NCBI RefSeq assembly: GCF_009914755.1
Contig: NC_060925.1
Origin: the human T2T-CHM13v2.0 reference genome, Homo sapiens
Direction: 5' to 3' (one strand)
Length of the DNA: 64,000 nt
The notes under the pieces were generated by a model, which made no database searches, was not told where the DNA came from, and worked only from the letters and a program-made list of their open reading frames with translations. Positions 49,604 to 64,000 of the stretch are shown piece after piece. A program made the position numbers and the translations under genes. The stretch's first letter is position 1. Each line of letters starts with the position of its first letter.

Positions 49604-50907
49604 GTGAGCAAAATCAGTTCCAATGGTGGATGGCTGCCTTGGTGAGGTGGTGAGCTCCTTGACATGAGAGATGTTTAAGCAGAGGCTGAATAAACACTTG
49701 GCAAGAATGTGGGAGAGGGGACTTCTGCATGAATGAAATAGATGTAGCTGACCCCTGAGGTCCCTGCCTACTCAGAGATGTTGTAAGAAGCAGCGTGGTG
49801 CAGTGGATGGCTGATATGTGCAGTGGCCATCGCATAGATCAAGGTCAAATGCTGGCTTCTTTATTTAGTCACATGACCTTAGCCGAGTTATTTAATTTCT
49901 TCAAGTCTTAGTTTCCATATCTGTAGTGGGGAGGAAAGAAATGCCTACCTTAGGAAGATTTTTGGGCAAAATATCGATCACATCTCTTTCTCTACAGATT
50001 ACAACCAATTGATAAATAGATGCAAGAAGGAGGGGATTAAAATATCAGCATATTTCTGGTAAATCTAGACAGGAGAAATGCTTCCTTTCAATTCTAGACC
50101 TTGGCACTCATCCAGGGAAGTTAAAATTATGAAACAATGACTCAAACTTCTTCAAGAAGAATAGCTGCTTCACTCACTGAGCCACAGTATCAGGAACCTT
50201 AGGGGATGGGCCTCCAGACTTGCTTGTAGGAGGTAGGCACTGCACCTGATCCAGGTGTGTCTTCCATATAGACATGGTTGAAGGGAACAGAAGATATGTA
50301 TTCTGCAGGCTAACTAGTCAGGGGAGGAAGAAAAAGGGCAAAACACATTTTAACTGCAACCTTTAACGTCTCAAACCCATGAGTAGAGAAAGGTAAATGA
50401 TGAATGTCAGACTCTTACCATCTCACCAATGAACCAACTACTCATTCTCTGAGGCAGGGGAGTGAGCACAGAGTAGAGAAGGGGGCCAGAAGGGCTACTC
50501 CAACACAATTTTCTCCTAGAGAGTAAAGTGAACTCTCAGAGAGTAAAGGGAAGCCTGAGGACAGAGACTAGGGAACCTCTAGAACAGATAATATTAGCGG
50601 ACATCTAACATGCGTTATCACAGTGCTTGCCATGTGGCTATGCTTAGTAAATGACAGTTATATTCTTATTGCATTATTATTTCTATTATTTCTATTGTTG
50701 TTATTGTTATTATTATTATATAGCTATGGTAAAGCAGACCTAGGTAGTTCTCTTTTCCAGATACGAATGAGGATTCTGCTCTGAATTACTGCTTTCTCTC
50801 CAGTCTGGAGCTCCCAGGGAGATTCAGGTCCAAGGTATCCAAGGATAATTCAGAGAATGGAGAGCTATAGGCAGAGTTTCCACCTCTGGTTTTCCTTCCT
50901 CTCACAG

Positions 50908-51180
50908 AGCACCTGTCAAAGCCTAAAGTCACCATGGGTCTGCAGAGCAATAAGAATGGCACCTGTGTGACCAATCTGACATGCTGCATGGAACATGGGG
51001 AAGAGGATGTGATTTATACCTGGAAGGCCCTGGGGCAAGCAGCCAATGAGTCCCATAATGGGTCCATCCTCCCCATCTCCTGGAGATGGGGAGAAAGTGA
51101 TATGACCTTCATCTGCGTTGCCAGGAACCCTGTCAGCAGAAACTTCTCAAGCCCCATCCTTGCCAGGAAGCTCTGTGAAG
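50908..51180 (+). CDS. SLAMF7: SLAMF7 exon 3 (IgC2 domain)
   Basis: CACAG| EHLSKPKVTMG...NLTCC...FICVARNPVS...KLCE |GTGAC; 273 nt. Confidence 0.98.
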
Positions 51181-51390
51181 GTGACTGCCTCTCCCCTCTC
51201 CACAGGAGACTCTGCCCAGGTCCTACACCTTCTTCAGCTCCTAGCCCCCATGGGAACAGACACTGTATGGAAACTGGAGGCCGCTGGGTGGTCACCAGGC
51301 TGGGAGGAAGGTGGCAGGTGCTCCAAGACCTGGGTCGTTTTCCTGAGCTGACTTTTCTCCCTTCCCTGTGTCTCCACCCATTCTCTGAAG

Positions 51391-51510
51391 GTGCTGCTGA
51401 TGACCCAGATTCCTCCATGGTCCTCCTGTGTCTCCTGTTGGTGCCCCTCCTGCTCAGTCTCTTTGTACTGGGGCTATTTCTTTGGTTTCTGAAGAGAGAG
51501 AGACAAGAAG
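51391..51510 (+). CDS. SLAMF7: SLAMF7 exon 4 (transmembrane)
   Basis: GAAG| GAADDPDSSMVLLCLLLVPLLLSLFVLGLFLWFLKRERQE |GTAGA; 120 nt. Confidence 0.97.
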
Positions 51511-52431
51511 GTAGAGCGTGTACTATTTTTGTCCTCACCCACATTCATGTTTTTCTCCTTCACTGATTCAACAAGCACATATAGAGCTGTGTGCCAGACT
51601 TGGCATGAGGTGTTGAAGATGCAGAGATGAAGAAGCCACAGTCTCTGCCCTCAAGAAGCATACAGTCAGCCTGTGCTCCTTAGTTCTGGAGTAGAGAAAG
51701 TGCTGGAGGTCTTTCCCAAGGACACGGTTCTCCCAGTTCCCTTTCCAGGGCTCACTTCTCTCCTTCTCCCAGAGGGACATCCTGATGTGGCTCTTCTGTT
51801 GATACAGGCCCCACACTGCTGACTCTGCTCCCCTGACCTGGGAGGTGATGACCTCCAACTCTGAGGTCCCCACAGACCAGCATCCTCTAGTCAATCCTTC
51901 CTATCCCTGTCAGAGCCCACAAACCACCCACACCCTTTCCACAGGATCAACCCAAGACCTCGCTTTACTGCCCACTAGACACATGGCTCCTGGGGAAGCC
52001 TTTCCCTGTCTCTCTCCAGTTGCACCCCATCCTGTGTTCCTAAACCCTGCTGATTGGTCTTCTGGGCTCCCACTGTCCATGTGGGTGATGGGGAGGGACC
52101 TAACATCAGTTGGGTATGACTTGCAGACTTTGAAATCTCCCTTCCCTCCTGGAAGCCCCTCTGAAAGTGTCTTTGACTTTCTCTACTTCCCACTTTGACC
52201 ACCTTGATGGAGAGATCAGGAAGTGAAATGTTGGGGGTGGCCAATTCATCCTGATTTGTTTAGATTTTCCCAGTTTTAACACTGAAAGTCCTCTATCCTG
52301 AAAACCCTTCCATTACAAGGAAACTCGGCTGGTTGGTCACCCTAAGTGGGTCATCCAGGAGAAATGGTGGGCCAGTGGAAGTGGTGAGTGGTTGGAGAGG
52401 TGGCTTTGATTCTCTCCCAACTTGCTTTTAG

Positions 52432-52535
52432 AGTACATTGAAGAGAAGAAGAGAGTGGACATTTGTCGGGAAACTCCTAACATATGCCCCCATTCTGGAG
52501 AGAACACAGAGTACGACACAATCCCTCACACTAAT
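52432..52535 (+). CDS. SLAMF7: SLAMF7 exon 5 (cytoplasmic; skipped in the short isoform)
   Basis: TTTTAG| [35 protein letters not shown] |GTGAG; 104 nt; contains ITSM-like TEYDTI. Confidence 0.97.
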
Positions 52536-52900
52536 GTGAGTCCCTTCTCATCTTTCCTGAGAACTGATCCTGTCTCTGAGGCTCTCCTTGTGAGGTTTTT
52601 CCATGGGTTTGGACAACATGGGAATGAAGAGGGGAGTGAGGATATATAGACTTAAAACTCAATGCACCTGTGCCTCCTCCAAGTCTTCATGGATTCTCTT
52701 CTGTGCAGAAGAAGCTGGTGGTCTCTGGAGCACCTGGTTCTGACTCACAATGCTCATGCTGTGGTCTGTGAAATCACCTGCTCCCCTCCACAGTTCATAA
52801 CGGCCACACAAAAGGCCAGATTCCTTTTGCATAAGGCAGTGGGTAGAAGAGTGTGACTTTGACAGGATGTTTGAATCATGGTATCAGAAGACTTCTCTAG

Positions 52901-52903
<3 letters not shown>

Positions 52904-52985
<82 letters not shown>

Positions 52986-52995
52986 TATATATATA
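52904..52995. repeat. Compound microsatellite (TC)n(AT)n(AC)n in SLAMF7 intron 5
   Basis: About 18 TC units directly followed by about 18 AT units. Confidence 0.98.
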
Positions 52996-53260
52996 ATATT
53001 TTTGAAATTCATTTTAACACAGTACAGTTTAAAAATAATGTAATGGCTTCCTGAAAAAAGTTATCAAAATTTATTATAATAGCAGTCACCAACAAGAGAA
53101 CTTCCTACCTCCCTTCCCTGTTCCAGAACCCTCCTTTTCCTCTCACATCTCCTCCCATCTCTGCTTTCCCCTCTCTGGATTCTGAATGTCTCTCTGGCCT
53201 TGTCTATGTGATTCAGGAGGTGGGTGATGATTTCTTTTGTTTGTTGTTTGTTTTTAAAAG

Positions 53261-53323
53261 AGAACAATCCTAAAGGAAGATCCAGCAAATACGGTTTACT
53301 CCACTGTGGAAATACCGAAAAAG
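53261..53323 (+). CDS. SLAMF7: SLAMF7 exon 6 (ITSM TVYSTV)
   Basis: AAAAG| RTILKEDPANTVYSTVEIPKK |GTAAG; 63 nt. Confidence 0.97.
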
Positions 53324-54180
53324 GTAAGAAGCTTTAGAGCTTAACTTCGTCTTAATGGTTCCATTTCTTTTCCTGCTTCATGTTTAGGTCAAAATTTCTT
53401 GGACCCAGGTATCTCATACTCTCTAGAATTAAAAAGTACCCTAGTAGTTCCCCATTCCCTTTGCTTAGGGTTATACAAGAACATGGGGGATGGAAGAGAA
53501 TTGTGTTTTAGGAATCGAATTGGGTAATCTGGAACAAATAGAGTAGGACAGAGGTTCTAGATCGGAATAATAAAGAAAATCAAAAGCCTTCTGACTGAAG
53601 TTGCAGACAAGGAAAAAGACCATGGCTTAGATTGTGCATGGAATGAAGAGAGGAATAGCTGAGAGGAGAGTCCAGCTTTCTCCTGAGACACCAGGAAACT
53701 GCAGGAGGGAGAGATCTCTACTTTTCTCCCATGGTCCAGCTATGTTACATCTGCTTTGCACCCTCCCCTCAGTTAAACTACTAATGCAGTAGCTTTAAGG
53801 CTTATTCCTTCACAGAGTACGGTTGGCAGCAGTAATGGTATCTTTCTGTCTCCTTTTTCTTCCTCTCCCAAACAGATCCAAAAAGATAAGAATCATTAAA
53901 GCAGTTTGCTTAGTAATAGAAAAGGTTGGTTTAGTGAATTATTACAACTGAACAAGGAAAGTTCAGTTCATTAAGCATTCAGCAAGATAAATATGCGTTA
54001 AACTTACAGAATAGTTTCTCTAAGCTAGGGGTGATTAAAATCAAACAGTGGGAGCCAGCATGCCAGCCGATTTGGGTTGGGTAACCTTGGAAATAAAGTT
54101 TCCTGGATGTCAGGGTCTCCATGGACGATCCAGAGCCCTGCTCACCTCCCTCACTCTACTTTCTTTTTGTCTGTCTTCAG

Positions 54181-54252
54181 ATGGAAAATCCCCACTCACT
54201 GCTCACGATGCCAGACACACCAAGGCTATTTGCCTATGAGAATGTTATCTAG
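54181..54252 (+). CDS. SLAMF7: SLAMF7 exon 7 coding part
   Basis: TTCAG| MENPHSLLTMPDTPRLFAYENVI*. Exons sum to 1008 nt = 335 aa + stop. Confidence 0.97.
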   Translation: MENPHSLLTMPDTPRLFAYENVI

Positions 54253-55890
<1,638 letters not shown>

Positions 55891-55997
55891 CAAAAAGATG
55901 CATTATTTTGCTATTTGCAATAGTGAAATTCTGGAAACTGCCAAAGAAACTGACCACCACAGGTGAAGGTCTGTTCATACATAGACATTAAGAATTA

Positions 55998-56870
<873 letters not shown>

Positions 56871-57774
56871 AACTATGGGTTTTCAAGTTAGAAAATGTTA
56901 TGACATCACAAATATAAAAAGTAGAATGCAAATTTAATGTGCTATATGATTACAGCTGTGTTTTAGAAAAAATCTCTACAGGGAAAAATTTGGAAGAAAA
57001 AACATCAAAATAGTAACACCAGTTGTTTAGGGAGGGTGAAAGCTTAGGTGGCTTGGTTTTTTCCTATTTTCATTCATTTTCTGAATATTCCTCAATGAGA
57101 AAGTATGTATTGCATAATAGAGTAGAGGAAATTTTAAATAGGTGCTCAGTGAGAAAAACGAGGCACTACTCACTACGTGGGGTTGAGGGGAAAGTCTGAG
57201 ACCCTCATGGTAAGGGTGTGGGGGAGGATGGAAAGACCTCCTCGAGTGAGAATGGGTGGGGAGAAAGGAGAAACCCTCCACATAATGACAGAGGAGAAGA
57301 TGACTTTCCCTCAGAGAGGGCTGCTGGAGGCTGAGGGGAGCTTCACAGTGTGTGAAGACAGAGGCGTGGAGAGGGGGATGCTGGGACTGAGGATGCATCT
57401 GTTCTGCCTTCCCCTCTCTCCTCAGAACCCATTCAGATGATAAATAATTAGGGTTAATCATACTTTGGGGTTTTTTAAACCAGTGACTGAAACAGGACCT
57501 AGGGAGACCAATAGATCTGGTCTCTGGACACTCAATAAATTCTGTCCCAAAGCTAGTTGCAGAAAGAAGCTTCCCCTCATGAGTTCAACCAGTAGGCAAA
57601 GGAAACCACCAGCTCTTCAGGGTGAGAAGTCACACCACCTCATAGCCCCATTACATGCAGCCTCCAGAACTGTGTGGTTTGCAACTTGTGAGGTGCAAAT
57701 AACAAATTCGTAAACATTGAAACCTTGGTGGAAAGTAAAGAAGGTATCTGTACCATTTCAGTAAGGCTTTCACT

Positions 57775-58330
57775 CATTCATTTGATCATGTATGCATTCA
57801 TTCATTTATTCATTCAGCAGTACTTATTGAGCACCAGTAAGTGCTGGACATTATGCTGAACTCAGGGAATACAGCAGTGGGCCACAACAGAGGTCTCTGC
57901 CCTCAGGGTGCTTACATTCTAATGACAGAGGCCAACACTCAAATATCCTTTAAATAACATGGTTGCAGTGATGACTGCTATGAAAGAGAGGTGTGTGGAG
58001 CCAAGAATGGCAAATTTTCCTGTGGTCAGAGACAGTATCTCCAAAGTGATGAAGACTGAGCTGAGATCGGAAGATGAGTAGGAGCTACTTACAAGAAGTG
58101 GGAAGGGAAAATAAAACCCTTCTAGCCAGAGGTGCAAAGGCCTTGTGGTGAGAGGACCTAAAAGAACGAAAGTCATTGTGGCCAGCAGAGAGAGTTGCAC
58201 TTTTAAAATTTCATTAGTTGCAGTATGGGAAACAGATTGTAGGGGGTCAAGACTGGATGTAGGCAAACTGAGTCAGAAGGCTCTTACCGTTATCCAGGAG
58301 AGAGGTGATGGTAGGTTGGACAAGCATAGT
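57775..58330. mobile_element. L2 fragment
   Basis: CATTCATTCATTTATTCATTCAGCAGTACTTATTGAGCACC...TCTCTGCCCTCAGGGTGCTTACATTCTA. Confidence 0.75.
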
Positions 58331-59584
58331 AGGATGCAGAGAGAGGGAAGGATGCTCTCAAGAGGTATCTAAGGGATAAGGAGGTTCCTGCTTTCAGTAC
58401 TGTCTTGGGAATGTGTGCTGATCTGGAAAAGGAGGTGGGAAGATGGGCCTTTGCTTTTGATAGCCTCTTGGGACTAGAAGGACAAAGTTTGGAGTCTGGG
58501 GCTACCAAGGTTAGAGAACTGGTAAATCCCTCATCTTTTTGACTTGGGACCCCAAAAGACTTACCCTAGGAGACTTATCCTTCTTGTAAACAAGAAGTAC
58601 ACCAGTTTTAATTCATCTATGGGGCCAAGAAAATCTCAAAACTGGTATTAGATTAAAGAGATCCAAGCTTACGAGTGCCCACAAGTACCTTACAGAAGCA
58701 AACAAAGACCATCACTAAAAGAAAATAACATTCTTAGGCCTCACAATTTTCCTACAAATAATTTTTCATAAGCAATGTTCATCATATGTTCAGAGATATC
58801 CAGGCCCATGAGGAGGATCCAGGCCCATGGGGATCATCCTCCTCCATGAGGAGACCCATGAGCAAGACCCTCCTGGTGGGGACAGCCTATCACAGACTGC
58901 AGCCCAGGATGCAGCCCGGCCCACCTCCCTCTCATTTCATCCCAAGAAGATGGAAGGAGGAACTTCCAGCCTCCTCAGTTCATGTACTTGTAGACAGACT
59001 TTAAAGATGTTTGGAGTTCTGACTATAGTCCTAAGCATACTCTTTATTGCAATCTGTCAAGAACATAGCCAGCAACAGGGAAGAGTTGATAAACCATAAC
59101 ATGATCATTTATAATATTTAATGTTTAGTACAGTCACAATTGCCAATCATTGTTCTAAATAATACATATATATATGTGTGCATGTATATACATATGTACA
59201 TTTATTTAATCTTCATAACAAACATAACCATTTTATAGATGAGGTAGTTGAGACCAAGATTGTCTTTTGTTTAATTGGGTTTTGTGGGTTGTTTTGTTTT
59301 GTTTTGTTTTGTTTTGTTCGGCTCATATGTATTACTGCTCTAGGCAGTATTAATTAATTGATTAATTTATTTAAAATTTATTATTTTAAAATAAATGCTG
59401 GTACTGCTTGTCTTTACTAATTATAAAAGTTATTTTTTCCTGCAATTAAAACTTATTATGCGTCTACAATGTGCTCCCCATACTTCTAGGAGCTCACAAT
59501 CAAGTGGGAGACAGGGATATCAACAGACATTACAAGTTAAAATGGTAGGTAAGAAAATAAAGGCATATAAGACATATAGGGGGT

Positions 59585-60292
59585 TGTATTACTCATGGTT
59601 TTCCTGAGAAATAGAACCAATAGATTATTTGTAAATATATATAAAAGGAGACTTATTATAGGAATTGGCTCACGCATTAGGAAGGCCAAGAGGTCTCATG
59701 ATCTTCTGTCTGCGGCTGGAGAACCAAGAAAGCCTGAGGAGTAATTCAGTTCATGACTTGGAAGGCCTGAGAATTGGGGAGCCAAAGGTGTAACTCTCAA
59801 TATGACCCAGAAAGCCAGAGAAATGAGACTACCAGTGCCCAAGGGCAGAAGAAAAATGCATGTCTCAGCTCAAGCAGAGAGACCAAATTTGCTCTTTCTC
59901 TGTTTTTGTTTTTTTGGGGGTTTTTTTTTTTTGTTTGTTTGTTTGTTTTACCTTTTTGTTTTGTTTTGTTTGACATGGAGTTGTATGTTGCCCAGGCTGG
60001 CCTCAAACTCCTGAGCTCAGGTGATCCTCCTGCCTCAGCCTCCCAAGTGGCTGGGATTACAAGTGTGCACCACTGCATCTGGCCTTCCTCTGCCTTTTTT
60101 GTTCTATTTAGGCCCTCAACTGATTGGGTGGTGCTCACCCACATTGGTAAGGGTGATCTTTACTCAGTCTACTGATTCAAAAATAAATCTCTTCTGGAAA
60201 CATCATCATAGACACACCCAGAAATAATATTTTACCAATTATCTGAGCATCCCTTAACCCAGTCAAGTTGACACATGAAATTCATCATCACG
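59585..60292 (-). mobile_element. MLT2 LTR (3' LTR of the ERV-L provirus), interrupted by an Alu monomer (~59900-60083)
   Basis: TGTATT...GAGAAATAGAACCAATAG and CCCAGTCAAGTTGACACATGAAATTCATCATCAC; PPT complement AGTCCACCCC follows. Confidence 0.88.
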
Positions 60293-63200
60293 AGTCCACC
60301 CCTTGTCAATTTGGCACCCATACCAATCTCCTAAAACTCATACTTAATCTCCAAATAAAGAGAATAACAAGGCCATAATTCAATCTAGCATGATACAACA
60401 ATCTTGCATGCAACTGAAAACACACTAGCCTCTTCCCCAGAAGAAGAGGTAAAGTCTTTGAGTAATATTTACTCTTCTCCTGATAGCTGTAACTTAAATA
60501 TTATGACGTAAAATTAACAATACTTAAATACTGATATAAATTTAATACATCTTGTGTTACATGATAAGAAAAGATGACAGGAAAGAAAGCAAATATATTT
60601 GCCTAACATACATACACATAATTGTATTCATAACAAAATAAGGAGGAAATATCCATGACAATTACAGTCCTTATTTCTGTAACTGGTCATATGGTTGTAG
60701 CTGAAATTTACAATTACCTTTTTCTACTACACATTCTGTATTTCCTTTAACTTCAGCAAGCACCTCAACTGGTTTTTGTTCTTTACCTGGTAGGGTGACC
60801 CATACCTTCATTCCTGAAGGGCCTGGGCCATTAGCAGTTCTGCCTGCATTGGATTGTCATAGTTTTCCTTTGAACTTAATCACAGGGCATGATAATACTA
60901 AGAGATGCCCCTAAGGGAGCTCTTTGTATTCCAGACCCTTACCTGCTATTGTGAAATACTAGACTAGTTTCTCCCTTGGCAGTCAGGATCAGTATCCCAG
61001 CCAACACCAAAATTCCCTTCTTTGCCTGTTGATTCAGAGGAATGAGGAGGCCAAAGTACTCAGGTGGCAGCCTTGACTCCCAGTTCAGTGGAATCACTGT
61101 TGTGTCTCCTAGTGGAAGCATTCCTCCCTCTGTAGCTAAGACATTGAGGCCAGCAAAACACAAAGTTGCAAGAACAGGAAGCAAAATTTTTGCTAGTGGG
61201 TCACTAGGGGGTAATAGTGGGTGGTGCCACTCCTGTTGCCATCTCCTAGATTCCACAACCCATGAATACTGGCTATTGGAAGAAAGAGCACTATATGTTG
61301 AACACTGATTCCAAGCATAGACACAACCTTCTGGAGAACCTTGCCCTAGTCCCTCAAGGTATGTGATGGTCTAAAGGTTGGTATCCCAGCGAAATTCATA
61401 TTTGGGACCTATTGCCCAATATGATAGTATTAAGTGGTAGAACCTTTAGGAAGTGATTAGGTCACCAGGGATCTAGCCTCATGAATGGGATTAGTGCCTG
61501 TAGGAAAGAGGCTTGAGAAGGCCAGTTGGTCCCTTTCACCATGTGAGAACACAGCAACAAGGGGCCATCTATGAAGCAGAGAGCCCTCATCAGACACTGA
61601 ATCTATTGGTATATTGATCTTGGACTTCCCAGCCTCCAAAACTGTGAGCAATAAATTTCTGTTGTTAATAAATTACTCAGTCTAAGACATTATGTTATAG
61701 CATTAAGAACAAATGAAAACAATATTGCCACCTAGCTCATGCTGTAACTGAGTCTTCCAAAGCCCATTCCACTGTTCTATTAGGCCAACTGCTTCAGAAT
61801 GATGATAAGCATGGCAAGACTAGAGAATTCTAGGAACATGGGCCCATTGCCGCAATCTTTTGCTGTGTAATGAGTTCTTTGATCAGCAGCAATACTGTGT
61901 GGAATATTATAATGGTGGATAAGACATTCTGTAAGTTCACAGATGGTAGTTTTGGCAGAAGCATTGCATGCAAGGAAGGCAAATCCATATCTAGATTAAG
62001 TGTCTATTACAGTAAGGACAAAACACTGCCCCATGATGGAAGAGGTCCAATGTATTCAACCTGCCACAGGGTAACTGACTTATCAACTTGGAGCATGGTG
62101 CCATATTGGGGTCCTAGTGTTGGTCTGTGCTACTGACAGAGAACACAGCCAGTGGCCATTGCCAGGTAAGCTTTGGTAAGTGGGAGCTCATGTTGCTGAG
62201 CTCATGAAAAACCCCATCCCCGCCACCATGGCCACTTTTTTTATGAGCCCGTTGGGGTGGCTGGGGAAAGAGGCTGACTGGTATCCATAAAATGAGTCAT
62301 CCTATCCACTTGATTATTGTAATCATCCTCTGCTGAGGTCACCCTTTGGTAAGTACTCACATTGGACACAAATATCGTCACTCCTTTTGCACATTCAGAG
62401 AGATCTATCTAGATACCTATTCCCCAAATTTCTTTGTCACCAACTTTCCAGTCATGACCCTTCCAAGTTCCTGCCCACTCCGCCAAAGTGTTGGCTACTG
62501 TCCATGAATCAGTATATAATTATATATCTGGCCATATCTTCTTCCAAGCAAAGTACACAACCAGGTGCACTGTTCAAGTCTGGCACACTTGGGAGGATCT
62601 TCCTTTACCACTGTCCTTCAGGGATATCCCAGAAAAAGGCTGCAGTGCTACAGCTGTCCACTTTCAGATGGTGCTTGCATGTCATGCAGGACCATCTGTA
62701 TTCCAGGTCTGAGTCTTCTCCAATCTTCTCTCCTCTGTAAATTAAGAATATGGAACTACCCATGAGACCATAGATTCAGACTGCAAGAGAGAAAGTAGTG
62801 TAGCAGGAATGGGGACCATGGGTATTTAGGCCACTTCTTTATGTAATTTACTTGTACCTTCAGGGGCTGCTTGGCCTCATTATGTATATAACTCTTCCAT
62901 CTGATGATGGACTATTGCTGTGTATGCCAAAATTTATGGCTTAGGGGATCAGATAATACCCAGTTTAAGATGGGCAGCTCAGGATCATACGGTAATTTGG
63001 TCAAACATTCAGTCTCTACTAAGGCCCAGTAATAGGCCAAGTGCTCTTTCTCAAAAGGAGAGTAGTTATCTGCAGCTGACTCCAGGGCATTGCTCCAAAA
63101 TCCTAAAGGCCTGTGCTATGATTCACCTACAGAGGCCTGACAAAGGCTCCAAACAATACCCCTGTCTGCTGCTGACACTTCAAGCACCATTGGATCTGCT

Positions 63201-64000
63201 GGAGCATGTGGCCTAAGTGGTAAAACAGCTTACACAGCAGCCTAGACCCATTGCAGAGCCTTCTCTTGTTCTGGGCCCCACCCAAAACTGGAAGCTTTTT
63301 TGATCACTAGGTAAATGGGCCAGAATGAGGAATATGTTGTCTCAAAAATCCGAAGTGGATCACTCGGCATTGTGCCACTTTCTTGGTTCCAGGAGGGTCC
63401 AGATATAACAAGTTATCTTTCACCTTAGAAGGGATAGCTCTGTCTGCCCCATATTGCTGAACCCCTAGAAATTTCACTGAGGTAGAAGACCCCTGAATTT
63501 TAGTCAGATTTATCTCCCACCCTCTGACATGCAGAGGTCTTACCAATAAGTCTAGACTAGATACCACTTCTCACTCACTAGGTCAAATCAGCATAATGTC
63601 ATGAATGCAACTGACCAGTGTCATATCCTGTGGAAGGGAAAGGTGATCAAGATTCCCTTAAATATGATTATAACACAGGGCCACAGAGTTGATATTCCCC
63701 CAAGGTAGGATATTGAAGGTATACTGCTAGCCTTGTTAGCTAAAAGCCTACTGTTTCTGGTGGGTCTTATGGATAAGAATGAAGAAAAAGGCATTTGCCT
63801 TAAGAAAATAAAAAAAGGTATTTGTCAATTTAAAAACAAAAGCTACATACTAGATACCAAGGAGTATGTTAATTACTCAAACAGTAAAACCACATCTGGT
63901 ATGGCAGCTGCAACTGGAGTGACCACCTAGTTAAACCTATGATTATCCACTGTCATTCTCCAAGATTCATCTGTTTTTTGCACAGGCCAAATAGGAGAGC
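60293..64000 (-). mobile_element. ERV-L (HERV-L) internal region: RT, RNase H, integrase and dUTPase relics; continues beyond the window; interrupted by an MLT1A-like LTR (61362-61721, +)
   Basis: [22 protein letters not shown]; degenerate QYTFNILPWG and LVSCIHDIML (YIDD site); dUTPase-like IPLNWESRLPPEYFGLLIPLNQQAKKG downstream of integrase, an ERV-L hallmark. Confidence 0.92.

Noticed and set aside
51014-51544. 176-aa antisense ORF over SLAMF7 exons 3-4
   Set aside because: Shadow ORF of GC-rich coding sequence with a non-ATG start; no independent support.

Overview
Human (primate) genomic DNA from the SLAM/CD2 receptor cluster (recognised as 1q23.3), not microbial. It holds exon 1 and most of intron 1 of CD48 (- strand, ATG 12881) and the complete 7-exon SLAMF7/CS1/CD319 gene (+ strand, ATG 40391, stop 54252, 335 aa); the two genes are head-to-head. 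Most of the rest is transposon-derived. The window opens with the env end and 3' LTR of an HML-2 provirus (matching HERV-K18), inserted inside the RNase H of an older, oppositely oriented class II provirus. Further on are a MER50 ERV1 provirus containing a second class II element with a tRNA-Trp-like primer site, several solo LTRs, an ERV-L provirus, and L1/L2/MIR/Alu/DNA-transposon relics. I see no convincing new gene or wholly new biological system. The best leads are: a 199-bp, 2-mismatch inverted repeat in CD48 intron 1; two more local templated insertions; a stop-free, in-frame 210-nt SLAMF7 intron 3; the Trp-primed class II ERV; and a perfect 198-bp higher-order repeat upstream of CD48. 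Repeat family names are from memory of consensus sequences and need Dfam/RepeatMasker confirmation. Most short ORFs in the supplied track are spurious.
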